Sequence record: NZ_CP035506.1
Strand: one strand, 5' to 3'
DNA: 64,000 nucleotides
From: a plasmid
Shown here: piece after piece, positions 17,775-26,713 of the stretch
How positions within the stretch are numbered: the stretch's first letter is position 1
Layout: every line of letters starts with the position of its first letter
Notes under the pieces: model-generated
The model's database searches: none
Told to the model about the DNA's origin: nothing
What the model saw: only the letters and a program-made list of their open reading frames with translations
Program-made: the position numbers and the translations under genes

Positions 17775-20276
17775 ATGATCCATATCGGAACCTCCCTTAC
17801 CCGCCTGATCGGCGCCGGTCGCGGCGGCAGAAGCGTCACTCCCCCCGCAGAGCCGGAATTCTACCCGGACGTGCCGCCCGTTCCGCTGGCGGCGGCGGGA
17901 GGCTCGCTGAAATTCCCCGAAGGTAACTGGAACATGCATGCCGGGCGGGCGGGCCTGACCGGATGGAAGGGCCTGCTCCATCAGGGCTGGAGTGAGGTCT
18001 TTACCGGCTCCGGCACGCCCTCCGCGCTTTTCGCCATGGTGCGCCTGCCGGTGGACAAGCGGGACGGGCCTTATACAAAGGCAATCCTGGGGCGCGAGGG
18101 CAGCGGCGGAAACCGCATCCGGCTTGCCTATGGCAATCCGAACAACTCCTCCTCCGCCTCCCGCAACCGCTTTCAGGGCTATCAGTACGGCGCGGGGGGC
18201 GCGAGCGTGAACCTGCGCAGCGCTCCCTGGACGGAGGATGCGGCGCTGGTCGTCTTCTGGCATGACGGGACGGACCGGTGGGGGGTGGACTGGTACTCGC
18301 TCCTCGATGGGACGCACCATGCGGGGGAGGTCTCCAGCCTCACCGGGGTGAACCCCTCCGGTGCGGCCCTGTCGGGCTTTACCGTCGGGGGCGCGCAGAA
18401 CATGACGGCCTTCGCCACGGATACGAACCCGCTTGTCGAGGAGTTGTGGGATGGTGAAATTGCGCTCGTCGGCTATCTGAACGGCACGGTCGCTCCGGCG
18501 GAATGGGCCGCACTGGCCCGCGGCGCCCGTCCGCAGGATGTGCTGCCGGTCCCGGCCGTCCGCTGGATACGGGAGCTCGACGGCACGGCGGCCAGCCTTG
18601 CCGCCCCTGCCTGGGCCACGGCAGACCGGACCCGGCCCGCGGTGCCCGTCGCCGATGCCTCCCCCTCTGCCGGGGGGACGATGCTCCTTCCCGGATCGAC
18701 GCTCCGCCCGCAGTCGGCCACGCGCTTCGTCACCTTCGACCAGAGGTCGGCGGGCATGGTCTTCGGGCTGAAGCCGGGGGAGACCGTGGCATCGGTGCCC
18801 TTTGCGGGGCGCGCCTCCGGGCCGGTGGAGATCCGCGTGTTCGAGGCGGAGACCGGCAGGATCGTCCGCGACTGGGTGCCGATGCCCCTTCCGGCGGCCC
18901 CGGAGACCGGCATCTGGAGCGGGCGGGTATCGCTGCCGGAAAGCGCGAACGGCTGGCTTTTCGCCGATGCGCGGCTGGTGGGCGCCCCCGAGGTGGTGGC
19001 CCATGCGCGCAGCGAATTCGGCGTGGGCTACAAGTTCATGATCATGGGGCAGAGCCAGACGGCGATGCCCATGGTGAACATGACGACACGGCTCGCGCTG
19101 GAACCGGGGGCGGCGATGAGCGGCTCTGTCGCGACGCTGGTCAATCTCGGCCTGCGGCGGATCCTCGGCGCGGAGGCGCGGCGTCCGGTGATGGGGCGGA
19201 TCGGCACGGGCGTGGGATATGCGCCGAGCGATGGTTTCGTGACCTTCCTGAACCAGTTCCGCCGGTTGAAGCCGAAGACCCCGGTCATGATCCTCAACGA
19301 GGCGGTCTCCGGTACTTCCATGCGCGCGCTTCTGGCGGGAGAGGTCGATACGGCCACCGACCGGCAATGGGCCGACATCACCGACAAGCTGGATCTCTGG
19401 GGACGGGATGTGACGGCGGTGCTGTGGAACTGGCTGATGAACGAGGGTGCGATGAACGGCAGCAATGTCGTGCCGCTCATGTCGGCGATGTTCCTGCCCG
19501 GTCACGCAGGCGACATGGCCCATTCGCTGGTGCAGGATCTGGAGCCGGGCTGGACGCTCGGCGTGCTGGGCGGCGACCGGGAAAGCCGGATCATCGGGCG
19601 GGAGGGGATGCGCGCGGCCCGCACCGCCTTTGCCCATGACAACGGTTTCACGCTGGGGCCGGTCGTTTCCGATTACCGGATCGAGAATGCAGGCGGCCCG
19701 CATCCGGGCAAGCAGTTCACCAATCCCGGCATCCTGGGCTATACGCCCCCCGAAACCTTCGATCACGGCATCCCCCGCTTCATGCAGCGCATGGGGGTGA
19801 TGGCGCTCCAGACGATCGGCGGGCTTTCCGATGTGGAAGTGCATCCCTGCTACGCCAATCCCCGGTTCAGCGCCGATCGGAGGAAGATCCTCATCGACGT
19901 GGTGGCGGTGAACGGGGGCCGGATCTACAGCCCCGCGCCCACTGCGCTCAGATCGTGGTATGTGAAGGAGGAAGGCGATCTTTCCTTCGTCAGTACGGGG
20001 GAGAAAGGCGCCCAGGCCGTGCTCAACACCTCTGTCAGCCCGCCGCAGGTGGAGATCACCCGCGCCTCCGGGACCTGGGCGCCGGGCGTTGTCGTGCAGC
20101 GCATGGACGATGGTGAGAAGCGGGCCGACAACGATGGCGCGGCCGAGGATACGATCCATGCGGGCGGCCTCTATGAAGCCTGGGCGCAGGATCCGCTGGG
20201 ATTCGGCTTCCCCGTGGTGGGCATGCGGGATGACAGCGGTCTCTGGCGCAATCTGTTTGAAAGTATTGTTTCCTAA
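17775..20276 (+). CDS. Large protein, paralogue A: ConA/LamG-like N-terminal region plus putative SGNH/SASA-like esterase core (GQSQ motif)
   Basis: Shares long conserved blocks with ORF 26714..29203 (GVGYKFMIMGQSQT, VTAVLWNWLMNEGAMNG, MSAMFLPGHAGDMAHSL, HAGGLYEAWAQDPLGFGFPVVGM). First ATG at 17775; the ORF is open upstream to 17313. No clear signal peptide. Confidence 0.6.
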   Translation: MIHIGTSLTRLIGAGRGGRSVTPPAEPEFYPDVPPVPLAAAGGSLKFPEGNWNMHAGRAGLTGWKGLLHQGWSEVFTGSGTPSALFAMVRLPVDKRDGPYTKAILGREGSGGNRIRLAYGNPNNSSSASRNRFQGYQYGAGGASVNLRSAPWTEDAALVVFWHDGTDRWGVDWYSLLDGTHHAGEVSSLTGVNPSGAALSGFTVGGAQNMTAFATDTNPLVEELWDGEIALVGYLNGTVAPAEWAALARGARPQDVLPVPAVRWIRELDGTAASLAAPAWATADRTRPAVPVADASPSAGGTMLLPGSTLRPQSATRFVTFDQRSAGMVFGLKPGETVASVPFAGRASGPVEIRVFEAETGRIVRDWVPMPLPAAPETGIWSGRVSLPESANGWLFADARLVGAPEVVAHARSEFGVGYKFMIMGQSQTAMPMVNMTTRLALEPGAAMSGSVATLVNLGLRRILGAEARRPVMGRIGTGVGYAPSDGFVTFLNQFRRLKPKTPVMILNEAVSGTSMRALLAGEVDTATDRQWADITDKLDLWGRDVTAVLWNWLMNEGAMNGSNVVPLMSAMFLPGHAGDMAHSLVQDLEPGWTLGVLGGDRESRIIGREGMRAARTAFAHDNGFTLGPVVSDYRIENAGGPHPGKQFTNPGILGYTPPETFDHGIPRFMQRMGVMALQTIGGLSDVEVHPCYANPRFSADRRKILIDVVAVNGGRIYSPAPTALRSWYVKEEGDLSFVSTGEKGAQAVLNTSVSPPQVEITRASGTWAPGVVVQRMDDGEKRADNDGAAEDTIHAGGLYEAWAQDPLGFGFPVVGMRDDSGLWRNLFESIVS

Positions 20277-20887
20277 AAGAATACAATAACCGGGATGCTC
20301 CGGGGCAATCCTGATGCGCGTGCAGAAAGACGAAACCCGCCGGCTTGGCGATCTTTCGCCCATGTGAGGAAGGGATTCGGTGCCTGAGAGCGCGCCGCCC
20401 GCTCAGGCAGCCCTTTGGCCGATTCCCGGAAATCCGCCCGCCGTCTTGCAGCGGGCGGATTTCAGCCGCCGTTCTGGGCCAAAGCAGGACTTTCCAAGTG
20501 CTTTCCGGGCGCTCCTGCCGATGCCGCGCCGAATCCGGTGTTCCTTCCCGCCTGTCTCCATGAAGACAGGCAATCTTAATCTTTCTCCCGTACGGAGAAT
20601 CACGCGCCTTAATGCAAGTCTCGGGCGAAACTGGCGAAATATCCCGAATGCCCGCTTTGGCAGTGGGACAGCCCGATGAAAAGGGTTCCACAAGATGGAA
20701 AGCAATGCGCGAGAAAACGCTTACCGAGTGACCGTTTCGCGAAATATTGCCCAATCTTCCGCAGATGAGCCATTCTGCATTGCAGAACATGTCTCGCTTA
20801 TTATTTTTGTTGTGGAAATAAAACCGTAAGTTGTTCACCATGGTTTGATACAGCCATAGATAGAACTACGGAGCATGCGGAGACGAT

Positions 20888-23101
20888 ATGGCGATCAAAC
20901 TTGTAGATTCGGTTGATGATTTGCTTTCGGCTCTTCGCGTCGTGAAGGGCGGAGATACGATCCTTCTGGAAGATGGAGATTATGGATATCTCTACCTTTC
21001 CAGTGGCTTGAAAGGGCAGCTTCCGGAGTATGACAGTACCGTCACAATTGCGGCGCTCAATCCGGGAAAAGCGACCTTCTCCAAGATGGATGTGCGCGGA
21101 GCCAGCAATCTGGCTTTCGAGGGCCTCGATGTCTCCAACTCACTGCAGATCTGGTATAATTCCAGCAATGTGGCGGTCAGAAATTCCACCATCACCAACC
21201 TGACCGTTCGCGATACACAAGGTGCGGACATTTCCGGCAATACGATTGGCGGGGGGAGCTTCGGCCTTGTCCTGCAGGCGGCTTCCGATGTGTCTGTCCG
21301 GGGCAACTATATTCATGATGTGACCACCGATCTGGTTCGGATCGTCGGAAACAGCCATGACGTCGTGGTCGAGAACAACCTTATCTCCGATACGGTCGCC
21401 CGCCCGCCGACCCACCCCGATCTCATCCAGATGTTCGGCCTGAACGGGGCGACGCCGCATGACATCACGATCCGCGGCAATATCCTGCACGACGATCTCT
21501 CCACAGGATCGGTGAGACCTCAGGGCATCTTCATGAACGGCCCGATGGGGGCCACTGGGTTCCAGGATATCCTGATCGAACAGAACCTTATCTGGACGCA
21601 GCATATCAACACGATCTATATCAACGGGGCGGACGGGAATTTCGTCATCCGTGACAATTCCATGATCGCCACGCAGTGGAGCAACGGCGCCAATATCCGT
21701 CTCGCCGGCTGGAACAACGAAGGCATCAGCGTCACCGGCAACGTCTCCCGTGCCATCGGGGACGAGGGGAACGGGACGACGGCCTGGAACAACTACAATT
21801 TCGGGACCGGCAAGTGGTTCAACGCCACCGGCGATCAGACCGACATCTTCCAGAGCCCGCAGTATATCGGCTGGAAGAGCTTCCTGCCTGTCGCCGGATC
21901 GGCCATTGATTTTGGCAGCGGCTACGGCGCTCAGGGAAGGCTGAAGGAACTGCTGGCGGGCGTGGACAACGACTTCGGTGTGACACGCCTGGTAATGGAG
22001 GAAACGGATAACCTCAGCCTCAAGGGGCACAGCAAATCCTGGTTCCGCTTCGCCGACGGCGGCACGCTCGACCTCGACGAGGCGACGGTTTCGCTGACCT
22101 TCTCGGCCAATTCCGCCTCTGGAGCGCGCACCATCCTGTCAAAGGATTCCGCCGGTCTCGATCATGGTTTCTCGGCGACGGTGAACAGCGGAACGCTCAC
22201 CCTCCGCTTTGAGGATGACAGCGGGATCAAGACCATCGTCCATGACGGGATTGCCGCGAAAACCGATTACAATCTCGTCATGTCCTTTGACGATGGCAAG
22301 GCGACGGCCTGGCTGAACGGCCAATCCATCGGGCAGGTGGAGACCGGGATGGACTGGTCCAAGAACGGCTCCGATCTGATCCTCGGCGCCGATGGAGGGC
22401 TTTCAAAATACGGGCCGAGGTCGTTCTTTTCAGGCACCGTCGGAGATCTGCGCATCTATGACCAGGGAATGACGTACAGTCAGCTTTCGGCCCATGTCGA
22501 TGCGCGGGAAAGCTATCTCGCGGCGGTGGAGGCGGCCAAGGACACCTCGCATACGGTATTTTATCACGGCGGGATCACCGACTTCAAAAACACGGTGAGG
22601 GATGCCATCGTCACCGAGACGGATGACAAGTTCTCCACGACGGAAGGAACCGTGGCGCTGAACTTCCGTCCCGAACTGGTCAATGGCGGAAGGGGCCTCG
22701 TCTCACGGGATTCCACCGGGCTGGGGGATGGATTCCACATCGCCATCAGCAACGGCAGCCTCGTCGTCAAATTCGAGGATGACGACGGCACGCAAGCGCT
22801 CCGGTACGAAGGCATCGAACGCTACAAGGATTATTCCGTCGTGGCGAGCTTTGGAAATGGTGTCGCGGATGTGTGGGTGAACAACACGCATCTCGGCCAG
22901 GTCGAGACCAATATGGACTGGACCGACAATTCCGACAGCCTCATTCTGGGAGCGTTGAACTCCAACAGTGCGGCCGGGACGACCTCTGCGATGCACGGGG
23001 CATATTTCGGCGCGCTCAACGGGGTTCTGGTCGTGGACGAAAGCATGACGCCACAGGAGCTGGCAGCCTATATCGACGCCCATCCCCTCATTCTCGTCTG
23101 A
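20888..23101 (+). CDS. Right-handed parallel beta-helix (pectate-lyase-fold) protein with two C-terminal LamG-like domains; candidate secreted EPS glycanase/lyase
   Basis: N-terminal repeats (NSTITNLTVRDTQGADISGNTIGGG, VRGNYIHD, VVENNLISD) typical of beta-helix CAZymes. Two divergent concanavalin-like repeats at the C-terminus. No N-terminal signal peptide. Paralogue of ORF 29300..31594. Confidence 0.75.
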   Translation: MAIKLVDSVDDLLSALRVVKGGDTILLEDGDYGYLYLSSGLKGQLPEYDSTVTIAALNPGKATFSKMDVRGASNLAFEGLDVSNSLQIWYNSSNVAVRNSTITNLTVRDTQGADISGNTIGGGSFGLVLQAASDVSVRGNYIHDVTTDLVRIVGNSHDVVVENNLISDTVARPPTHPDLIQMFGLNGATPHDITIRGNILHDDLSTGSVRPQGIFMNGPMGATGFQDILIEQNLIWTQHINTIYINGADGNFVIRDNSMIATQWSNGANIRLAGWNNEGISVTGNVSRAIGDEGNGTTAWNNYNFGTGKWFNATGDQTDIFQSPQYIGWKSFLPVAGSAIDFGSGYGAQGRLKELLAGVDNDFGVTRLVMEETDNLSLKGHSKSWFRFADGGTLDLDEATVSLTFSANSASGARTILSKDSAGLDHGFSATVNSGTLTLRFEDDSGIKTIVHDGIAAKTDYNLVMSFDDGKATAWLNGQSIGQVETGMDWSKNGSDLILGADGGLSKYGPRSFFSGTVGDLRIYDQGMTYSQLSAHVDARESYLAAVEAAKDTSHTVFYHGGITDFKNTVRDAIVTETDDKFSTTEGTVALNFRPELVNGGRGLVSRDSTGLGDGFHIAISNGSLVVKFEDDDGTQALRYEGIERYKDYSVVASFGNGVADVWVNNTHLGQVETNMDWTDNSDSLILGALNSNSAAGTTSAMHGAYFGALNGVLVVDESMTPQELAAYIDAHPLILV

Positions 23102-23307
23102 AGCGGTTCCCCCATGATGCAGCGGTATTCTGGGGGATCATTCCGGGGGACGAACCAAGCAATGCCTGTTCCCAGGGGAATGCGGCCGATGCAGTTGCCG
23201 CAAGTGATATATTCGCATTCCTTCCGGCAGATAAGGCCGGCGGGTTTGACGGGTCTGCGGTTTTAAAGCGGCAGATCCCGGTCCTGACAGTATCGGAACG
23301 ATAGGTG

Positions 23308-23535
23308 TCAGAGATCGATCAGTATCCTGCCCCGCAATTCGGGCGGACAGCCCCGTCCACAGACCGAATTCTCAGGCCGATATGCACTGGCGTCCGGGCC
23401 CATCATGAGGCCCCCTATGACAAAGGCGATGAGCAGCCAGATGGTGGCTATCTTGTCCTGTCGCTCGAATTTGGTGAGCGAGGTGATGAACACAATCACA
23501 AGCCCTGCAAGCAGAAGTGAAACGACCGCCATCAT
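23308..23535 (-). CDS. Small two-TM membrane protein (possibly PLDc_N-like)
   Basis: 75 aa, two hydrophobic helices, isolated in an intergenic region. Weak call. Confidence 0.35.
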   Translation of the reverse strand: MMAVVSLLLAGLVIVFITSLTKFERQDKIATIWLLIAFVIGGLMMGPDASAYRPENSVCGRGCPPELRGRILIDL

Positions 23536-24111
23536 TTTCCGATCACCTTTGCCAAGACAGCTTCCCGAAGCCCCGGTTGCCGTAATACCGGTGCCCCGTG
23601 AGGGGCGCCCGTCCGCGCCATCGTTCGTGCCTGACCTCGGCCCCTGCGGGGGCCGGAGCCTCTGTCGTGCTGCGCGGATACCGCTCTGTTTCCGCTGAAT
23701 TTCACGTCCTGCACGCCATCCTTGCGGTCCTGAGGAGTCCGGCCCAGTCCGGTCCAGTCCCGCCCGAAAACCGCCGGACGGCTGTCGGGCAGGTCGGGGG
23801 ACAGGCCCGGCTTCTGTCTATCATGAGAGCGCCTTTTGCGCCAGCAGGCAATACCTGACCGCACCTGCCAAAGAAGGATCCGGGGTGGGATAGGCCGGCC
23901 TCATTCGCGCGGCCTGGAAATCGCCGGTCGAAGCCACGCTGCAGGGCAGGCATGGCCGTGAACTGCCGAAGAAGGCGGCGCTTTTCCCATGGGGTGTTGT
24001 CGGGACAGCCTGTATCCGCCACCTGTAGTTGTGGCGATTGATCTTGTGCGGCAGCCTGATATTCAGAACGAGGCCGGACATCCAGACCGGCAGGATGAAG
24101 GAACCGACCCA

Positions 24112-24723
24112 GTGCCGGCAGATAACAGCTCCTCTTCTTCCCAGGGTGCCCACAAGAAGCGCACCTCGAAACCGAAGCGCCTTCTGCGCCTCATCCTGAG
24201 CACCTTCGATCCGCGCGCCTGGGTGCATATGCTGAAGGTGGTCAATTACTACAACTACACCCATGTCACGCCCATGCGGACCCTGCGGGGGCGGATCGGC
24301 CCGCGTCCCGAGATCGCGCCGAACGCCTCCATTGCCAATCCCGAGAACATCACCGCCGGAAAGGTGCTGCATCTCGGCTCCGGCACCTTTCTCTGGGCCG
24401 GCCCCTCGGAGAAGGGGCGTGTGGTCATCGGAGACGACGTGACCTTCGGCCCGCGGGTCATGCTGACGGCCGCGAACTACCGTTTCAACGATGGCCAGCC
24501 CGTGCGGTCCAATGCCATGGACGAAAAGGAGATTTTCATAGGCGATGATGCCTGGATCGGCGCCTATGCGATCATCCTGCCGGGCGCCCGGATCGGCAAG
24601 GGTGCGGTGGTGGGGGCAGGTTCCGTTGTCACCGGCGACATCCCCGACTGGGCCATTGCGGTCGGTGCGCCGGCCAAGGTCGTGGGTCAGCGCCGGATCG
24701 CCGCCGTCAGGCCGCCTGCGTGA
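24112..24723 (+). CDS. Hexapeptide-repeat acetyltransferase (WcaF/Mac-like)
   Basis: LbH repeats ([44 protein letters not shown]). GTG start at 24112 with AGGA RBS chosen by analogy to its paralogues; the first ATG is at 24229. Confidence 0.65.
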   Translation: MPADNSSSSSQGAHKKRTSKPKRLLRLILSTFDPRAWVHMLKVVNYYNYTHVTPMRTLRGRIGPRPEIAPNASIANPENITAGKVLHLGSGTFLWAGPSEKGRVVIGDDVTFGPRVMLTAANYRFNDGQPVRSNAMDEKEIFIGDDAWIGAYAIILPGARIGKGAVVGAGSVVTGDIPDWAIAVGAPAKVVGQRRIAAVRPPA

Positions 24724-25017
24724 CTTACGGGTCGGTGTGCTTCAGGGGGCGTCCTTCAAGGGGCGTGGCGCGAGGTTGTGTGACGCGGGCCAGCATGCCT
24801 TCGGGGACCCGTCATCACAGGGTCTGCTGGACGCTTTCCCCCGCCTTGCCATTATGGCCGCGCTACCGCATGACTGTGCGACCTTCGCCTCGAAAAGCCG
24901 GCCCCTCGCAATACTGACCGCCAGGACGCAATGACCTGGCCAAGTCGTATTCCGGCCCGGCCCCTCTTCCTGCCGCTTGCCTTTCCGGCTGGCCTCATTC
25001 CGATCAAGGGTTTCTGC

Positions 25018-26445
25018 ATGATCACTCCCGTCCTGCTCTGTGGTGGTTCCGGCACGCGTCTGTGGCCCTTGTCGCGCAAGTCGTTCCCCAAGCAGTTCGC
25101 CCCCCTGATCGGGGAGACATCGCTCTTTCAGGCTTCGGTGACCCGTCTTTCGGGAACGGAGTTCACGCCCCCCGTGGTGGTCACGGGATCCGACTTCCGC
25201 TTCATCGTCACCGAGCAGATGGATGCGATCGGCGTGAAGCCGCGCGCCATCCTGATCGAACCGGCGGCGCGCAACACCGCCCCCGCCATTCTGGCCGCCG
25301 CGCTCTGGCTGGCCAGAACCGACCCCGATCAGCCGATGCTGGTGGCGCCCTCGGACCATGTGATCCCGGATGCGAAGGCCTTCACCGCCGCCGTGGCCCG
25401 CGGGATGGGGCCGGCGCGGGCGGGGCAGCTCGTCACCTTCGGGATCCGGCCCACCCATGCCGAGACGGGTTACGGCTGGCTCGAACTGGCCGAAAGTTCA
25501 GCCGAAGCGCCCGTGGCGCTCTCCCGCTTCGTCGAGAAGCCGGACCGCGAACGGGCAGAGGAAATGCTGGCCGCGGGCAACTTCCTGTGGAACGCGGGCA
25601 TCTTCCTGTTCACCCCCGCCACGCTGATCGCGGCTTTCGAGGCCCATGCCCCCGCCGTGCTCGCCCCGGTGCGCGCGGCACTTGAGGGCGCGAAGACCGA
25701 CCTTGCCTTCCTGCGGCTGGGGCCGGAAGATTTCGGCGATGCGCCCGACATCTCCATCGACTACGCGGTGATGGAGAAGGCGCAGAACCTGACCGTGGTG
25801 CCCTTTGCGGCCGGCTGGTCGGATCTGGGCGGCTGGGACGCGGTCTGGCGCGAGATGGGGCCGGATGCGGCGGGCGTCGCCACCGGGGGCGACGCGCTCG
25901 CCATCGACTGCGAGAACACGCTGCTGCGGTCCGAGACGCAGGGGCTCGAACTGGTGGGCATCGGGCTCAAGGACACGATCGTCGTCTCCATGCAGGACGC
26001 GGTGCTGGTCGCCGACCGCTCCCGCGCGCAGGAGGTCAAGCAGGCCGTGGCCGCGCTGAAGAAGAAGGGCGCCAAGCAGGCCGAGAGCTTCCCGCGCGAC
26101 CACCGCCCCTGGGGCTGGTTCGAGACGCTGGTTCTGGGCGACCGCTTCCAGGTGAAGCGGATCGTGGTCCATCCCGGCGCGGCGCTTTCGCTGCAGAGCC
26201 ATTTCCACCGCTCCGAACACTGGATCGTCGTCTCCGGCACGGCACAGGTGACGGTCGACAACGAGGTGAAGCTGGTGACGGAGAACCAGTCGGTCTACAT
26301 CCCGCTGGGCGCCGTGCACCGGATGGAGAACCCCGGCAAGGTGCCGATGGTGCTGATCGAGGTGCAGACCGGCTCCTATCTCGGCGAGGATGACATCATC
26401 CGCTACGACGATGTCTATGCCCGCGGTCAGGGCGCCAAGGGCTGA
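25018..26445 (+). CDS. manC: Mannose-1-phosphate guanylyltransferase / mannose-6-phosphate isomerase (type II PMI-GMP)
   Basis: N-terminal nucleotidyltransferase motif LLCGGSGTRLWPLSRKSFPKQF and C-terminal cupin (HPGAALSLQSHFHRSEHWIVVSG). Confidence 0.9.
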   Translation: MITPVLLCGGSGTRLWPLSRKSFPKQFAPLIGETSLFQASVTRLSGTEFTPPVVVTGSDFRFIVTEQMDAIGVKPRAILIEPAARNTAPAILAAALWLARTDPDQPMLVAPSDHVIPDAKAFTAAVARGMGPARAGQLVTFGIRPTHAETGYGWLELAESSAEAPVALSRFVEKPDRERAEEMLAAGNFLWNAGIFLFTPATLIAAFEAHAPAVLAPVRAALEGAKTDLAFLRLGPEDFGDAPDISIDYAVMEKAQNLTVVPFAAGWSDLGGWDAVWREMGPDAAGVATGGDALAIDCENTLLRSETQGLELVGIGLKDTIVVSMQDAVLVADRSRAQEVKQAVAALKKKGAKQAESFPRDHRPWGWFETLVLGDRFQVKRIVVHPGAALSLQSHFHRSEHWIVVSGTAQVTVDNEVKLVTENQSVYIPLGAVHRMENPGKVPMVLIEVQTGSYLGEDDIIRYDDVYARGQGAKG

Positions 26446-26713
26446 ACCGGCAGGGGGCGCCGATAAGCGGACGGCCCCCGACCGTGCTGGCCTCCTCCCT
26501 GCTGCGACGCGGCCATGAGAAACGTGCCCGGGAAACGCACCGGGGAATGCCTGCGCTGCCTGAGGCAGGCGGCGGTTCTGCACCGTGATCGGCCCTTGGA
26601 CGACTGGCACAACGCCACGGGCCTGTCGCCGGAGCCTCCGGCCCGGGATGTGTCGGAGCCTGGATCGCCGGAGCCCGGATGCGTCGGAGATTGCGTCAGG
26701 GCCCCGGCTGGCA

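Noticed and set aside
17232-20363. 1043-aa ORF on the minus strand
   Set aside because: Antisense shadow ORF of the large paralogue A gene in GC-rich DNA. Pro/Arg/Gly-rich low-complexity translation with no motifs.
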